A stretch of 64,000 bases of DNA, from assembly GCA_965153285.1 (NCBI GenBank), contig OZ229117.1; one strand, given 5' to 3'. This stretch comes from Podarcis tiliguerta (lineage: Eukaryota). Numbering within the stretch: the stretch's first letter is position 1; each line of letters begins with the position of its first letter. This document shows, in pieces, positions 25,642-38,875 of this stretch. Below the pieces are notes generated by a model. It was not told the DNA's origin, searched no databases, and was given only the letters and a program-made list of their open reading frames with translations. Position numbers and translations under genes: made by a program.

Positions 25642-27240
25642 GTAAAGGCACAGAAAGGCATCAGAAGAAGGACCCTTGTGCTTTGCTATGGCTGAGTTTC
25701 TGTTGCTGAGTTAGGTCTCTGCCCTGTTTCCCAGTCTGGTGTCTTGTAGGGAGGCCTCCATCACCAGATGCTTCAAAGATCTATCAGAATTCATGGTTTA
25801 AGCTGCTGCTGGGGGTGACCCAAATTCTTTACTGATTACCTCCCCAGTTTTGCCTGTGTCTTGATTCTTAGCCATCCCCTCTTTTGAAAATGTGGGTGTA
25901 AGTAAGATCTTTTACTATATATTCTAAAGGAATATTATCACTGGCTTTGGCTTCTGTTTAGCTTTTTTTTGTTCATTTCCTGTTTTTCTTAGTCAAAGCG
26001 GCTTACATAATAAAACGATTGCTTACAAAATCACAAACTAAAAAAAGTAATTGCAGCAACAGTATAACAACTGTTTTTATTTAAGAGCAACAGACAAAAG
26101 AAAATTCATAAAAGCAGTACATCAGATGTTAAAAGATAGCTGGAATGAAAAAATTCATGAGCCATTTAAAAATAGACAGCAGGAGCATGGCAGATCTCCA
26201 GTGGGAGGCTGTTACATAATCTAGGTGCAACTACTGGGAAAACCCGTCTTTTGTACCCACCTGCCTAGCTACACAGAGCTGTGTAGGGATGGAACACAGA
26301 GAAGGGTTTCTGATGCCGATCTTAAAGGCCAGGTGAATGCATATGAAAGTAGGTGGTTTCTGAGATAATCTCCTAAGCCTTTTGGGAGCTCAGTTTGACT
26401 ACGTGGCTGAAGGGGAATAGGGAGAAGCCCTTCTCTATGTAAGATGGCAGCTACAGCTAGAGTGCTGTTAGTAATGCACCCCATCAGAAGGCTATAAAAA
26501 TGATGGGTCCAAGAGAGCAAAGCAGCCCCTTTTTCTCTTCAGCCTCCATAACCAATCTCTGATTTTCACATACACTCAGTGAACAGCCAGGCTTTCTTTG
26601 GGCCCCTGCATTTCCTCTCCAGGCCTTCCTGACTATTTCCTCCTTCACTCTCTTGGTCTCCTCTGATGCTGCATGAAAACCAGGCAGCGTTGGATTCCTC
26701 CAGCCCGCCTGCTGCGCAAATATCTAACACAGTCAACTTTTGCACTCCTTACTTTGCTCTCTGAGAGTGGAGAATGGATGTAGAAAACACCTTTGTTTGG
26801 CACTTTCTGTGCATCAGATAATCTAGACAGCAATGCCCCTGCACCTTTGCAGGGTTCGTGAGCATGAGGCAGGAAGCCCGGCTTGTGCTTGGGAGCACCA
26901 TTTGTATCCTCTGCAAGAGGTTCTTGCCCTTGCAGCTGTCCTTGTGCATTAATGTTGACTGGGGCCTCCTTCCGGCTTAGCTGTGCTCTCCCACAGGTGC
27001 ATGCAGCTGGTCCCTGTTTTCTGGCAGTCAGTTCACTTTCCTTTTAGGAGTCTGGTGGCTTATGATTAGTAAGTGAGTCATCCAGTAATACACAATCTGA
27101 CCAGTACAGCAGAGCTAATTTTACAGAGTCCAGCAGATGATAGGAGCTGAGCACCATCCTGGCTAGCAGCTGTGCAAGCACCATTTGACCAAAGTGTTAA
27201 GCAGGCTCCTTGGCTGACTGACTGCCTTGTATGTTCATAG

Positions 27241-27372
<132 letters not shown>

Positions 27373-28432
27373 TGAAGTGCTGGTGACTACCAGTGCTACT
27401 ACCCCCTTCACATCCCCAGGGAGGGGTCAGCAAAGATCAGCATCTTCCAGCAAACCAGTTAAGGGTGACTTCTGGTAAGAAATGAAGGGCAACATGGAGA
27501 TGAATTCTCAGTGGCTGCATCCATGCTAGAACTCAATGGGCTCTTCAAATTTGAGCCTGGGAATGTGAAAAAGATCCATGGTCCCTTCCTCTTTCTTATT
27601 AATATGCCTCAGCATAAACAATAACATGGGATACAGGCTTGGAGGCCTAATTCCTGCTTTTGACCTCACCCATGTACTTCCTGTTATGATTTTTGTTCTC
27701 AGTTAGTATTATCTTTTCACCTAGTTCATTGCTAAGTGACACAGGAGGCCAGCGTTCTTGAAAGCAGGTGACAGAATCATGGTAGATGCTCTCCTTTTCT
27801 CACAACTAGGCATTGGGGATGAATGACTGCCAAAGGTGCCTTCAGGGCTGATGCTGTAGGACTCTGTGGGCAGGAAGCAAAAAGAGTCATTGCAATCAGG
27901 CTTAATAGTCAGTGGGGGAAAATGTATAGGGCAGAGAGATTCGTTTCAGCAGATTCTTACTTAGAAAAGAAGTGCTATGTGTCTCTTCAGCCTCATTAAT
28001 GGGCAGCGCATGCACATGGAGGGAGGATTGCTCTGCAGATAGAGCTTCCTTCCTGAACTTCAAAACAGGAGGATAGATAATTGATTACAGGATAGAAGTA
28101 AGAAAGAGAAAACCACAAGGTAAAAAAATTAGTTGGAGGTATGTGGCACTGGAACAGAACCAGTAATAGGAAATGACCAGGCTGGGCCTTTCTTGAGTGC
28201 TGATAATATACCTTTGATCAAGTGAATCTGAACATTTCTTGGGAACAGATGGTGTTAACTACTTTAGACAGGACCAGTTCTCTGCAGTCCGGAAATAAAA
28301 GTAAGGGTACTTTTAAAGCAGTTGTCTTTCAGATATTGGAACCATACTCTTGTATAATGTTCAAGGCTAATATATAGCTTTTAAGTGACTCGGTTTTCAA
28401 AATCCAGGTTGCAGTTGCACTTCTAGAGGTAG

Positions 28433-28663
<231 letters not shown>

Positions 28664-30761
28664 TAGTTGTTGAACATGCCCCTCTCTCTTTCCACAGCTA
28701 TCATGGCATGGATCAGGATATCTAGTCTTTGGTGGCAAAAGGATGTCCCTGTTTGTAAGATGTTCTTAAGGTTTCTCAAATTAGAAGTGCTTATTTTGAA
28801 AGCTTATGCTAAACCTTGCATTTCTACCTTGAGGCTGGCTGCACCATGGGAGGCCAAAGCACTAAGTTTATAGGGTGGCTGGGGGGGTGCTTCTTCACTT
28901 GTGGATGCCCGGTTGCAGTGTTTACCTTTTCCCACTGCACAGGTGGCCAGGGAGACACCTGCAGCCAGTCTTCACTGTCATGTAGGACCTGACTATTGGC
29001 AGCTGTCCCAGAGTGGATGCAACAAAATGTGTGCAGAAGCCCTACTGTAGGGTCACTCTTGTTTGGGCAATTAATAGAATCCCAAGAGTTGCATCTTCAC
29101 GCTTCATGGCTGTAAGCTACCCTTGTGATTATTCAAATAGGAAAGGGTCAAAGGAGACCTTTTTTGCTTGTTTCTTCTTCATTTGGTAAAACTCCACTGT
29201 GGTCCCTTTTTTGCTGGCACTAAAGTATGATAAGACTAGGAGGAAAGTCATTGGCATTGGGATATGATTCTGTAGCTAACCTGTGCCCATGTGGAGGATT
29301 CTTATTAGTACAGCCAGAGCTGTGCTAGTTTTATTCCGCCCCTGTACAAGGGACACGCACAGTTCTGAAGCAGAGGGCAAGGAGTTCCCTTGAGCTGACA
29401 TTGGGCCTCTGCTAGCTTCCTGTGCTATAGGTTTGGAGTTTGCACCAAGGCCTGTTCTCTAGTGTTTCAGTGTGTGTTACCAATTGTAAATACACTAATA
29501 TTTTGAGAATGTCAATAACCATGTCAGAATAAACTTTAAATATAAAAATAGTTTCCATCAACGAGGCTGAGTTCAAGAGGAGAAAAATGCAAATACAATG
29601 TGGAAATACATGAGTGTAATAACTAGAAATACGAAACATCTTAACCAGAACTACTGTACGTTGATCAGCATTCAGCAAATAAGAATTCACATTTACCCTT
29701 TGAGCTGTCAAAAATAAAATACCTCTATCCAGCCACATATGTATGGCACAAACTCATATAATTTTATTCAAATCATTCAAGTAAAAAGGTGTTCAAGGCC
29801 CATTCAGTGTATTTTAACCTGGGGAATCTGACTCTTGCCTTAATTATTCTTATAGGTCCTATATGTTATCGTGCTTTGGCCTTTTGACATGCAACATTTG
29901 TGGAAATAAACTCCACAGATTTTGCATATAAAATGCAAAACCACAGTAACTGCTCAAAATAAGCTGGAACTTGTTTGAGAACCATCTCACTGCGATCTTC
30001 AGTACCCTCAAGTAACTTGTCTGAAAGGCTTTTTTTAAAGTTCCAGCTTTTACATCTAATGTCCTCTTGTGCTTAAACAACATTGTGCCCTTGACATTGC
30101 AGGACTCAAGTGGACGTAGACTTGGTCCTCCTCCTGGCATAGCTCAAACACCCCTTCCATCCACAACTCTTAAAGCAGTCTTCTGTTGCTAGCCAAGGCT
30201 GAAAGGAGTTGTAGCCCAAAATGTCTGGAGGGCACCAGGTTGCCATAGCCCGGCTAAAAGTATTGTCATACAAGTGGGTGGCTTTGAAAGGATGGCAGCT
30301 GACATGGGACATAGAAAACTGCCTTTTCTTGGTCTGTCTAGCCCAAGTCTTGTCTGCTCTGACTAGCATTAGCTTTTCAGGACAATTCTATGAGTCTTAA
30401 GTCTTTGCCTGGCCTGTTGCCTGAGATCCTTTTCAGTGGTCAAGGCAGGGACAGAAACTGGGGCCTTGTCCATTCCAAGCATGTGCTGAGCTGCAGCCCG
30501 TCCACATTCCCCCTTTGGGTGGAAATAGCTTATTTTAACTAGCAAGACGACTTTGGTGATATGTCTGAGACAGAGAGAGAAGATACAAAATGGAGACACT
30601 CCTCCTGCATGCCAAAGTTGTGTACTGTCTCAAGCCTGCTTGCACAGCTGGTTCATTCAGCCACGAGGTGCCCCTTGCCTCTGCCCGGCTCCTACCCATC
30701 GCCCTTGCATTGGCAGCTCTTGAGCTAGCTTTGTCCCGGTGGAGCTGCAGAGCGGGTGTAG

Positions 30762-30914
<153 letters not shown>

Positions 30915-31162
30915 TAAGTTTACTGTGGCATGTTTGTTTCCTGGTGGTGCCCAGGGTGGGGACACTAAACATGATGTATAGGGCCTTTTCTTCTTCCCTT
31001 CTGGAAATGGATTTTTCAACCCATGGGGTTTATTGTATTTTGGTAACTTGTTTTTTTTTTTTTTAGGGAAGGGGGGGAACCCTCACAAAGCAGATTTAAA
31101 ACGCACCCTGTAGGTACATTTACTTGATTAGGTTGCTGATAATGGGAAGTGAAAGCCATTGA

Positions 31163-31459
<297 letters not shown>

Positions 31460-31738
31460 TAGGCACTTGTTTATATAAAAGCTGTTCGCCATTGCAAAAA
31501 TGTTCGATTACATGAGCAAGGGGGAGTAATTCTAGAAAACCTTGCATATAATATTCTGCAGAAGTAGGAGAATTTTCTTGGAATTTAAGGAGGTAACCTC
31601 AATTTTGGAAAATAGAAAATATTTTCAAAGGACTCAGTGTAACTGCATTCTGAAATGTTTGTATCTCTCAAAATGAAAAAGTTCTGGGATTTCAAGTCAT
31701 GCTGGGCCCTGGTAACTGCTCCCCCTTTTCTCCTACAG

Positions 31739-31815
31739 ATCCAGTTGTGAAGGAGCAGGCCCAGCCCAGCTCCGACAGCCCTGTGCTCTCCAGTGGCCTC
31801 ACAGCAGCACGATGA
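31739..31815 (+). CDS. CSNK2A2: CSNK2A2 exon 11 coding part with stop
   Basis: ctacag|AT; YPVVKEQAQPSSDSPVLSSGLTAAR*. Coding exons sum to 1053 nt = 350 aa + stop, the expected CK2 alpha' length. Confidence 0.97.
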
Positions 31816-33069
31816 AGTTTGGGGGAACGACGGGTAATTCCAGAGGTTTACAAATACAAACACACCCTTCAGTCACCTAGGGAAGGGATGAACCAAACCC
31901 CTGTATGCTCTGCAGCAAGCCTCGTCTTGAAGGGGGTTAGGGCTTAGCCTCCCTCTCTCTCCAGCACTTACGGCTACCCAAACTTTCTCTCTGTGTTACT
32001 GATCCAAACAGTTGTGCGAGATTTACTTGGATAAGCGGCTGTACCCCCACGGTCTGCACGACTGGCTCTGGGTTGATTCTGCAGTTTCGTACTCTACCTT
32101 TCCCAGCCTACCATTTTCTCTGTTCTTCCGTTGGGCAACGTTTCAATTTCTCCCCTCCCCCACACACTGGAATGTAGCATATGCACCCCATAGAGGCAAG
32201 CTCCTGTGGGGTCAGATTCTACTTAAGTCATAAGCAAATTAAAGCCTGTAAGTGGTGGGTTTCAACCTCTGCTCTCTCCAGGTCTCACCCTGGCCCTCAT
32301 TTTCCTGTTTTTAAACCAGCAAGTCTTGGAAATGGTTTTGAGTCGGTCAAAAGTACATTCAAAGCAGGTAGCCATTGGGGAGAATCCTACTTCCTCCCCC
32401 TTCCATTCCCTCTGGGGAAGTGCCTGCCTTAGTTGGAGGAAAGGTCATTCTTTGAGACAGAAGGAGAGCTTCCTCTGGCGAGGCATGTTATTATCGCTAG
32501 AAAAGCCAACCTGGTCATTCCCATCACTGTGCAAAATTCAGAATTGTGTTGATTACAGCTGCTTTGACTATGTGAAAGAGGCAAAGAGGAGGTGTTTGGG
32601 CAAGGAGACCAGTGGGAATTTTGGAAGCCAGACACGGAGGGGCTGTTCAGAATTGGTGTGCAACAATCTGCCAAGGGTTCAGATCCCTATAAGCATTTTT
32701 ACATGCCAGCCCAGTGTTGGAATTGTTGGGGTAGAATCCTCTGCTTTGGGGGAATGGTGTGTAAGATGCTCCTTTTGTTTTTCCATTGGGTCTCGTCATG
32801 AGCCCCATAGTTCAATCCCACCTTTTGGGGGGATTATATTGTGTGATTCTGGTGACTTCATATACCTAAATCCACCAAAAAAAAAATAAAAATTGTCACC
32901 ATGCCGAAATGCAGATTTTTTTTTCTTTCTGTTACATTGTCAAATATTTAATTTTAAGTAAGAAGGTTAGATTGTTTCTATTTGAAGCATCTGTTTACAT
33001 TCCACATCCCCATAACGACATGTTAGCATTGATATCAGGTCAGATCCATTTGTACAATTCACTGGAACC

Positions 33070-33075
33070 AATAAA
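33070..33075 (+). terminator. Candidate proximal (intronic) polyadenylation signal of CSNK2A2
   Basis: AATAAA with an upstream TGTA (33051-33054) and a downstream GT-rich tract (ctgtgtacaaacttgtgttgtc). Confidence 0.55.
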
Positions 33076-33457
33076 TCTCTCTGTGTACAAACTTGTGTTG
33101 TCCTCCTTCTAGTCTCTGGGAATTCCTTGGAAGGAAAGATCTGATTTGGGGGTTGAGGTACAATTTTGGGGGCATAGGAGGAAAGCCCTCTTGTTAATCT
33201 CTACCCTTAAAGCTCGGTAGCTTGAGTAGAGCCTTGGATGTGGAAGACCTGTGTTCAGGTCCCAACTCACTGGCTGGCTTTGAGTGCAGGGTTTGCTCTC
33301 TGCTTCGCATCCCAGTTTTGATGTCCCTCTTGGGCCTTTTATTTCTGATCACTTTGTTGACCACTTTCAGAGGACGTTAATGCCGAGCAGAATCTTAAAA
33401 TGATGGACTCTTCCTTGTGACCTCTAATCACTCTTCCCCTAACCATTGCTCACTTCT

Positions 33458-33780
33458 TCTTTTTTTTATAAATAATTTTTATTCACTTTCCAATAAACAT
33501 TTTTTCCAAATTTAACATTTGTTTTGACATAAACATCTTTTTTGACTTTCATCAGCCTATCTGAGAATTCTCCATACTCTCACTACGTCTCACATTTCTT
33601 ACATTTATATTGCACATTATATCTCTTAATCTTAACCTTTCTTTTTAAACAACATTTCTATCAGTCTTTTTCACAAAGCCTCCTGAAAGCCAACAAGCGT
33701 TAGTTGCTCCTCACATTCAGTTTTGATATATTCTGTAAATTTACTCCAGTCCTCGGAAAATCTCTGATCACGTTGGTTCC
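33458..33780 (-). mobile_element. 5'-truncated L1-type LINE insertion
   Basis: Poly(T) at the left end, perfect 17-bp TSD AACCATTGCTCACTTCT (33441-33457, 33781-33797), and a minus-strand ORF2-like C-terminus NQRDQRFSEDWSKFTEYIKTECEEQLTLVGFQEAL*. Confidence 0.85.
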
Positions 33781-34432
33781 AACCATTGCTCACTTCTGTT
33801 TCACCCATACATCTTTTCTCACCTCGCTGTCCTTTCAGGAAGAAATAAAGTTTTGTTGCAATTCTGCAATTAGTTCTTTTTTAGAACATTGAATAGCGAG
33901 CTCTGGCTAAATATCAAGAAGTAAGTGCATGGATTAATATTTTTTTTTTAATATTCAGAACAGAGCACTCTTTACTTCAATGCAAAGTGTTTAAGAAAGC
34001 AGGTCAGCATCTCCGCCTTCTATTATCTTAATTTGAATTTGTCTACGTGGTTTTCATGGCCCCCAATTTACTATTGTTTTACTTTTAAGAAAAGCCATTG
34101 TTCAAAATGCACACAAGATGTAAGACATTCTTGCATAATTAAATGTTAGATTGAATGTAGAATTTGGGGGTGGGGAGGCATACTGCCGATCCTTGTAGCT
34201 ATGTTTAGCTGAGTTCTGTCAAAGTACGATCAAAACTTACTGAAAGATAGAATCATTTTTATTGAAGTACCTGATGCGTCTTCTCAGTTCTTTGATCCAA
34301 AGGCTTCAAACATGAATACAAAATTTCCTCTGCCTTTGACAAATGGGGGTAAGGATCCACCCCACTGCCCCTTGGAGACTGTGATGGAGTCTTTTTGCAC
34401 AATGTGGTGGTACTATAGCAGCAGTAGGAGGA

Positions 34433-34433
<1 letters not shown>

Positions 34434-34476
<43 letters not shown>
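34434..34476. repeat. (AAT)n microsatellite
   Basis: Direct reading. Confidence 0.9.
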
Positions 34477-34477
<1 letters not shown>

Positions 34478-35369
34478 TAGCACTTTCATACATACGTGAA
34501 GCTTTTTAAACATTAACTTGTAATCCTAAACAACAACTTTGTATGGTAGGTTATTATTATTATCCTCATACTGCAGGTTTGAGGCTGAGGAAGGGTGGCC
34601 TCCCTAAGGCCACTGTTGGAGGTGAGATTTGAATTAGGGTTGCCTGATTTTTGTAGCAGAATCTATTAGCTGCTTGGTGGCCTCCCGGACACTGGCATGG
34701 GAACTGATGGCCCAGAACAAGCGTGTTAGGGAGTGATGTGCTTGGCAAGCATTTCTCATTACAAACCAGGTCTGTGGCATTTCTTAATGTTGTGAGTTCA
34801 GGCATGCATATCCCAGGAGTGGTGTGGCCACGAGGACCTTTGCTTCCGATTATTGAGCTTTGTGTGCATGCTTGTTACTCCTCCTGCGGCAGCCAGCCAT
34901 TTTTGGACAAGCGTGCCACTTGAGTGCTCTTATGGTATGTACTTCCCTTAGTCTGCTGAGCCAAGGAACAAGAATAAGCATAAGTAGAACTCTGCTGGAT
35001 AAGGTCAGTGGCCCATCTAGGCCAGCATCCTGTTCTCACAGTGGTCAACCAGATGCCTGTGGGAAGCCTGCAAGCAGGGAATGAGTACAACAGTACTCTT
35101 CCCTCCTGCAGTTTCTAGCAACTGGCATTCTGCAACCAGTTGCATAACATAGGAATGTAGGAAACTACCTTATACAGAACAGCTGTCCATCTTGCTTGGT
35201 GTTGTCTATGCTAAGTGGAGGCAGATCCATTAGGGTGACTGGGCACCGCTTTAGCAACCCCAGTCTGCCGTGGTCATTGGCTCTGGCTCCACTTATTATT
35301 GCTGGTCTCCCTGCCTTTCACCCTAAGCGTCCCAATGAGCATCAGCCACCACAGTGGCTCTCCAGGGTT

Positions 35370-35468
35370 TCACATATGAAGTCTTCCCCAGAGCTACCTG
35401 TAGATGTTGGGTATTGAACATGGGGCCTTGGGCCTGCAAAGCAGATTCTCTACCACCAAGCTACACCC
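35370..35468 (-). mobile_element. tRNA-derived SINE fragment (Squam3-like)
   Basis: Minus strand shows an A box (TAGCTTGGTGG) and a B box (GTTCAATAC) followed by squamate SINE body sequence. Confidence 0.55.
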
Positions 35469-36335
35469 CTCCCCTAAATGAGCTGGATTTGTATAGCTAC
35501 TCTTCTGCATATTTCTGGTTTTGTTGGGTCATGAGGTGGGGCAGGAGCTCTCCCGGGTTAGAGTTCCAAGCAACTGAATGCTGTGTCTTTCATATCTGCT
35601 TGGCTTTGGCAGAATCTGAGCATATAAAGCCCTGTCTTCAGCCTGTGGCTGGAGGATGTAACAAGTGGGAATGGAAAATCCAGCAGAAGGAGAGATGCAT
35701 TGAGGCATGCTCTGTGCTGGGGGAAGGGATTTATGTGAAAGAGAAGTCTTCATCGCTTCATAGCCTTCCATCTCGAATAGGTGGACTAATCTTCAGAAAC
35801 AAAGATGGTGGTGGTACTTTCTGCTCTATCATGGATGCAGTGGTGGAATCCTAATCTGAACATTTATTTTCCTCTGACATTTTCCTTTCTTTTGCTTGCT
35901 GCTCCTCAAGGGCGTGGGGTGGGGTTGTTAGTGGTTTATTTTGTTCTTGTTCTATTATGCGTTTTGTATGTTTATCTTGTATTTTTATGCTGTGAACTGC
36001 CCGGAGATCTACAGATGAAGGGTGGTATACAAATTTAATAAGTAATAATAAAAGTCATCTCGTATTCAGGCTCATGACTATACCATGCCAGTGCCTTGGC
36101 ACAGTTCTTGGAGAGGCATAGTTGCTTCTCAGATTGGGAGCTCGTGTCAAGGCGGGTTGGCTCCACAGTGTTGAAGCCTGCCGTTGGAATGCAGTAGTGT
36201 TTGACCCAACAGGCCTTTGGCCATAAATGTAAACAGTTGCCTCTGGCTCTTGTTCCTTGTGCTAACCGTTCTGGCTACGCAGTGCCTCCAAGCTCCAGCT
36301 TTGCGTTTGATGCTTGCTTCCCGTCTCTTCCCTAG

Positions 36336-36770
36336 GTCTGTCTGGTGCTGTTCTCCCAATTTTCCATAAGCAGAACAAGAACCAAATCAAACGTTTTAAT
36401 CTGCTTGTGTACAGAGATGGTGGTGTGCAGCTTCCAGATGTCGTCATCCGAGTGGCAGGTTACGGGAGCAAGGACTGCAGCAGTGGCGGCAGCTGATGGG
36501 ATCGAACAGCATATAAAAACACAAACCTTAACTTCTGTCTTTGACTTCCTGTTGACCTCTTCCTGACCAAGAAAGCATGGGAAATGTGAAGGGTATGCGA
36601 AACCGCTGTTGGCTCAGGTGACTTCCCTGAACCCAGCCCAGTGTATGGTGTTCTGACCACCTGGCTCCTGTTTTGTGGGCTGGGGGAGGAGGGTGGGCCT
36701 GTGGCATGATGGACAGTTCTATATTAAGATAATTATATATTATTGAATAAAAGTTTTAAAAGTAAATGTA
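36336..36770 (+). other. CSNK2A2: CSNK2A2 non-coding terminal exon 12 (3'UTR)
   Basis: Donor CGG|GTAATT at 31833/31834, 18 nt after the stop. Acceptor cttccctag|GTCTG at 36335/36336 with a pyrimidine tract. AATAAA at 36746-36751. The exon start resembles the mammalian CSNK2A2 3'UTR as I recall it (unverified). The 3' end is approximate. Confidence 0.75.
36746..36751 (+). terminator. Distal polyadenylation signal of CSNK2A2
   Basis: AATAAA at the end of the putative terminal exon, preceded by AU-rich sequence. Confidence 0.7.
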
Positions 36771-37016
36771 TGGAGAGTCGTACAGATGGAAGAAGGCATG
36801 CAGTGAGGCCTCTGCTTTGGAACAGGACAAATACCATATGGGGCGGTGGGGGAATAGGTCCACAGGACCTTCTGCTAGACAGACACAATTTTTATTAAGT
36901 AGAACTTGAGAAAGAGTAATGGAGTTTCCTATGAATTCCTCCCATGCGATAATCATTTAGAGTCAAGGCCCCCTCTCCCTAGAATTCCTCCCTGGTCTCT
37001 TCCCCAACCCCTAATG

Positions 37017-37337
37017 CATGGGTAGGTAAACTAAGGCCCAGGGGCCGGATCCGGCCCAATCACCTTCTAAATCCAGCCCATGGATGGTCCGGGAATCTGC
37101 ATGTTTTTACATGAGTAGAATGTGTCCTTTTATTTAAAATGCATCTCTGGGTTATTCGTGGGGCCTCCCTGGTGTTTTTACATGAGTAGAATGTATGCTT
37201 TCATTTAAAATCATCTCTGGGTTATTTGTGGGGCACAGGAATTCGTTCATTTCCCCCCCTTCAAAATATAGTCCAGCCCCCACAAGGTCTGAGGGACAGT
37301 GGACCAGCCCCCTGCTGAAAAAGTTTGCTGACCCATG
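37017..37337. mobile_element. hAT (Charlie/OC1-like) MITE, same family as 5736-5987, opposite orientation
   Basis: CATGGGTAGGTAAACTAAGGCCC...AAAAAGTTTGCTGACCCATG with an internal tandem duplication; no TSD visible. Confidence 0.8.
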
Positions 37338-38381
37338 AAACAAACCAATCAATATGTAAAATGATTCATGGGATTCAGATACTCTCATGGTTGATTTCCA
37401 AAGCAGGTGGTCAAAAAATAAGTGAAAGAAGAAAGAGGGAGAGATGTCCTCCTGCTCATCATAGTCACTATCCCTGAAAATCAGAAACTGCTTCACAAAT
37501 TTGCTCATTAGTGTCTTGGCATCAATCACTTGTTGTTTTAATTATTATTTTTAAATGTAGCCTCTTTCCTTTGATTCCCTTGTCATCTTATGCCTGAGCT
37601 ATGCATGATGCCTAGCAATCCATGGCTGACCTGTTTGGGGAGTTGGTGCAGATTAAAGTGGAGAGGACCCCCAAAGAGCTATAAATTGCATGCAGCGGTG
37701 GTGGTGGTGGTGTTGCTGCTGTTGCTGTGCAAGAGGCTGCTTTCCTTCCCTGGGTGGGGTGGTTGGAAGAATATAGGGCACCTGGAAAGCAGGGAAGCAG
37801 TCCTTGAGCACAAAAAGTGAAGAGCAGAACGCTCCCTCTGCCAGTGCCACATGCTAGACACTTGCACTATTCCCATTTTACTGTTTCCCCACAACAAGCA
37901 CACACACACACAAGATCAGCCATGATCAGTCTCCCGGAGTATGTAACTTGCCTCTCACAAATTCATGTCTGAGCATTCGGGGAGCACTTGGCAACAAAGA
38001 ATGCCAAGCAGGCAGCCTAGAGGGTAAAGCAGTGCCTGGACCATAGGAAAGAGAACAGTTTTGGAGGGCTGCTTCCCCTGATTGTGAATGGTTGGAATAG
38101 CCTTATTGTGAAGGAGCTCTTCTTGCTCAGTACTAGAACTCAACCTGATACTGGAAGACTTCAGTTGCTTCTGAGGTCTGGAACACATGCTGCAGTGCCT
38201 TGTTTTTAACTTGAAGGCAATTATTTAAATGGGGGGGATCCAACCGGATAATGTTTCCCCCCAGTAAAGAGTGTGTTACTGTCTCCTTTAACACAGATAG
38301 CATTTCACCCTCTCTGTTGTCCAGACACTCCTGTTAACAGATCTGCTTGTGCCTATCCACACAAATAAATTAAATATTGTA

Positions 38382-38613
38382 CAGTGGTACCTCGGGTTAA
38401 GAACTTAATTCGTTCCGGAGGTCCATTCTTAACCTGAAACTGTTCTTAACCTGAAGCACCACTTTAGCTAATGGGGCTGCCACGCCGCCAGAGCATGATT
38501 TCTGTTCTCATCCTGAAGCAAAGTTCTTAACCCGAGGTACTATTTCTGGGTTAGCGGAGTCTGTAACCTGAAGTGTATGTAACCTGAAGCGTATGTAACC
38601 CGAGGTACCACTG
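38382..38613. mobile_element. Tc1/mariner (Tigger/pogo-like) MITE
   Basis: Perfect 18-bp TIRs CAGTGGTACCTCGGGTTA / TAACCCGAGGTACCACTG with a TA TSD. Confidence 0.9.
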
Positions 38614-38737
38614 TACTTGTGTTCACTGAGATACAACTTTTGTGATCCTTATTGTGGTGACCCTGTGGTTTTTGCTGTATGTCACTACAAGTTTAAAAAT
38701 GCTTGGCAAGAGCTACAGATGTCACTATAACTAAAAT

Positions 38738-38875
38738 CAGGTAGGTAGCCATGTTGGTCTGACACAGTCGAAATACATAAAAAAATAAAAATTTGTCCAG
38801 TAGCACCTTAGAGACCAACTAAGTTTGTTCTTGGTGTAAGCTTTCGTGTGCATGCACACTTCTTCAGATACACTG
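38738..38875 (-). mobile_element. Penelope-like element terminal fragment containing a minimal hammerhead ribozyme motif
   Basis: 9-bp TSD AACTAAAAT (38729-38737, 38876-38884); minus strand reads CTGAAGA-A-GTGTGCATGCACAC-GAAA-GCTT. Confidence 0.75.

Noticed and set aside
33210-33330. tRNA-like A/B box sequence
   Set aside because: No cloverleaf can be formed. It is most likely a degraded tRNA-derived SINE head.
36336-36566. Open frames in CSNK2A2 exon 12 that could give an alternative C-terminus by exon-11 skipping (~54 aa) or stop readthrough
   Set aside because: Two frames are open, which is plausible by chance. The stop context TGA-A is not a readthrough motif, and there is no evidence of frame conservation. 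It would need junction or Ribo-seq support.
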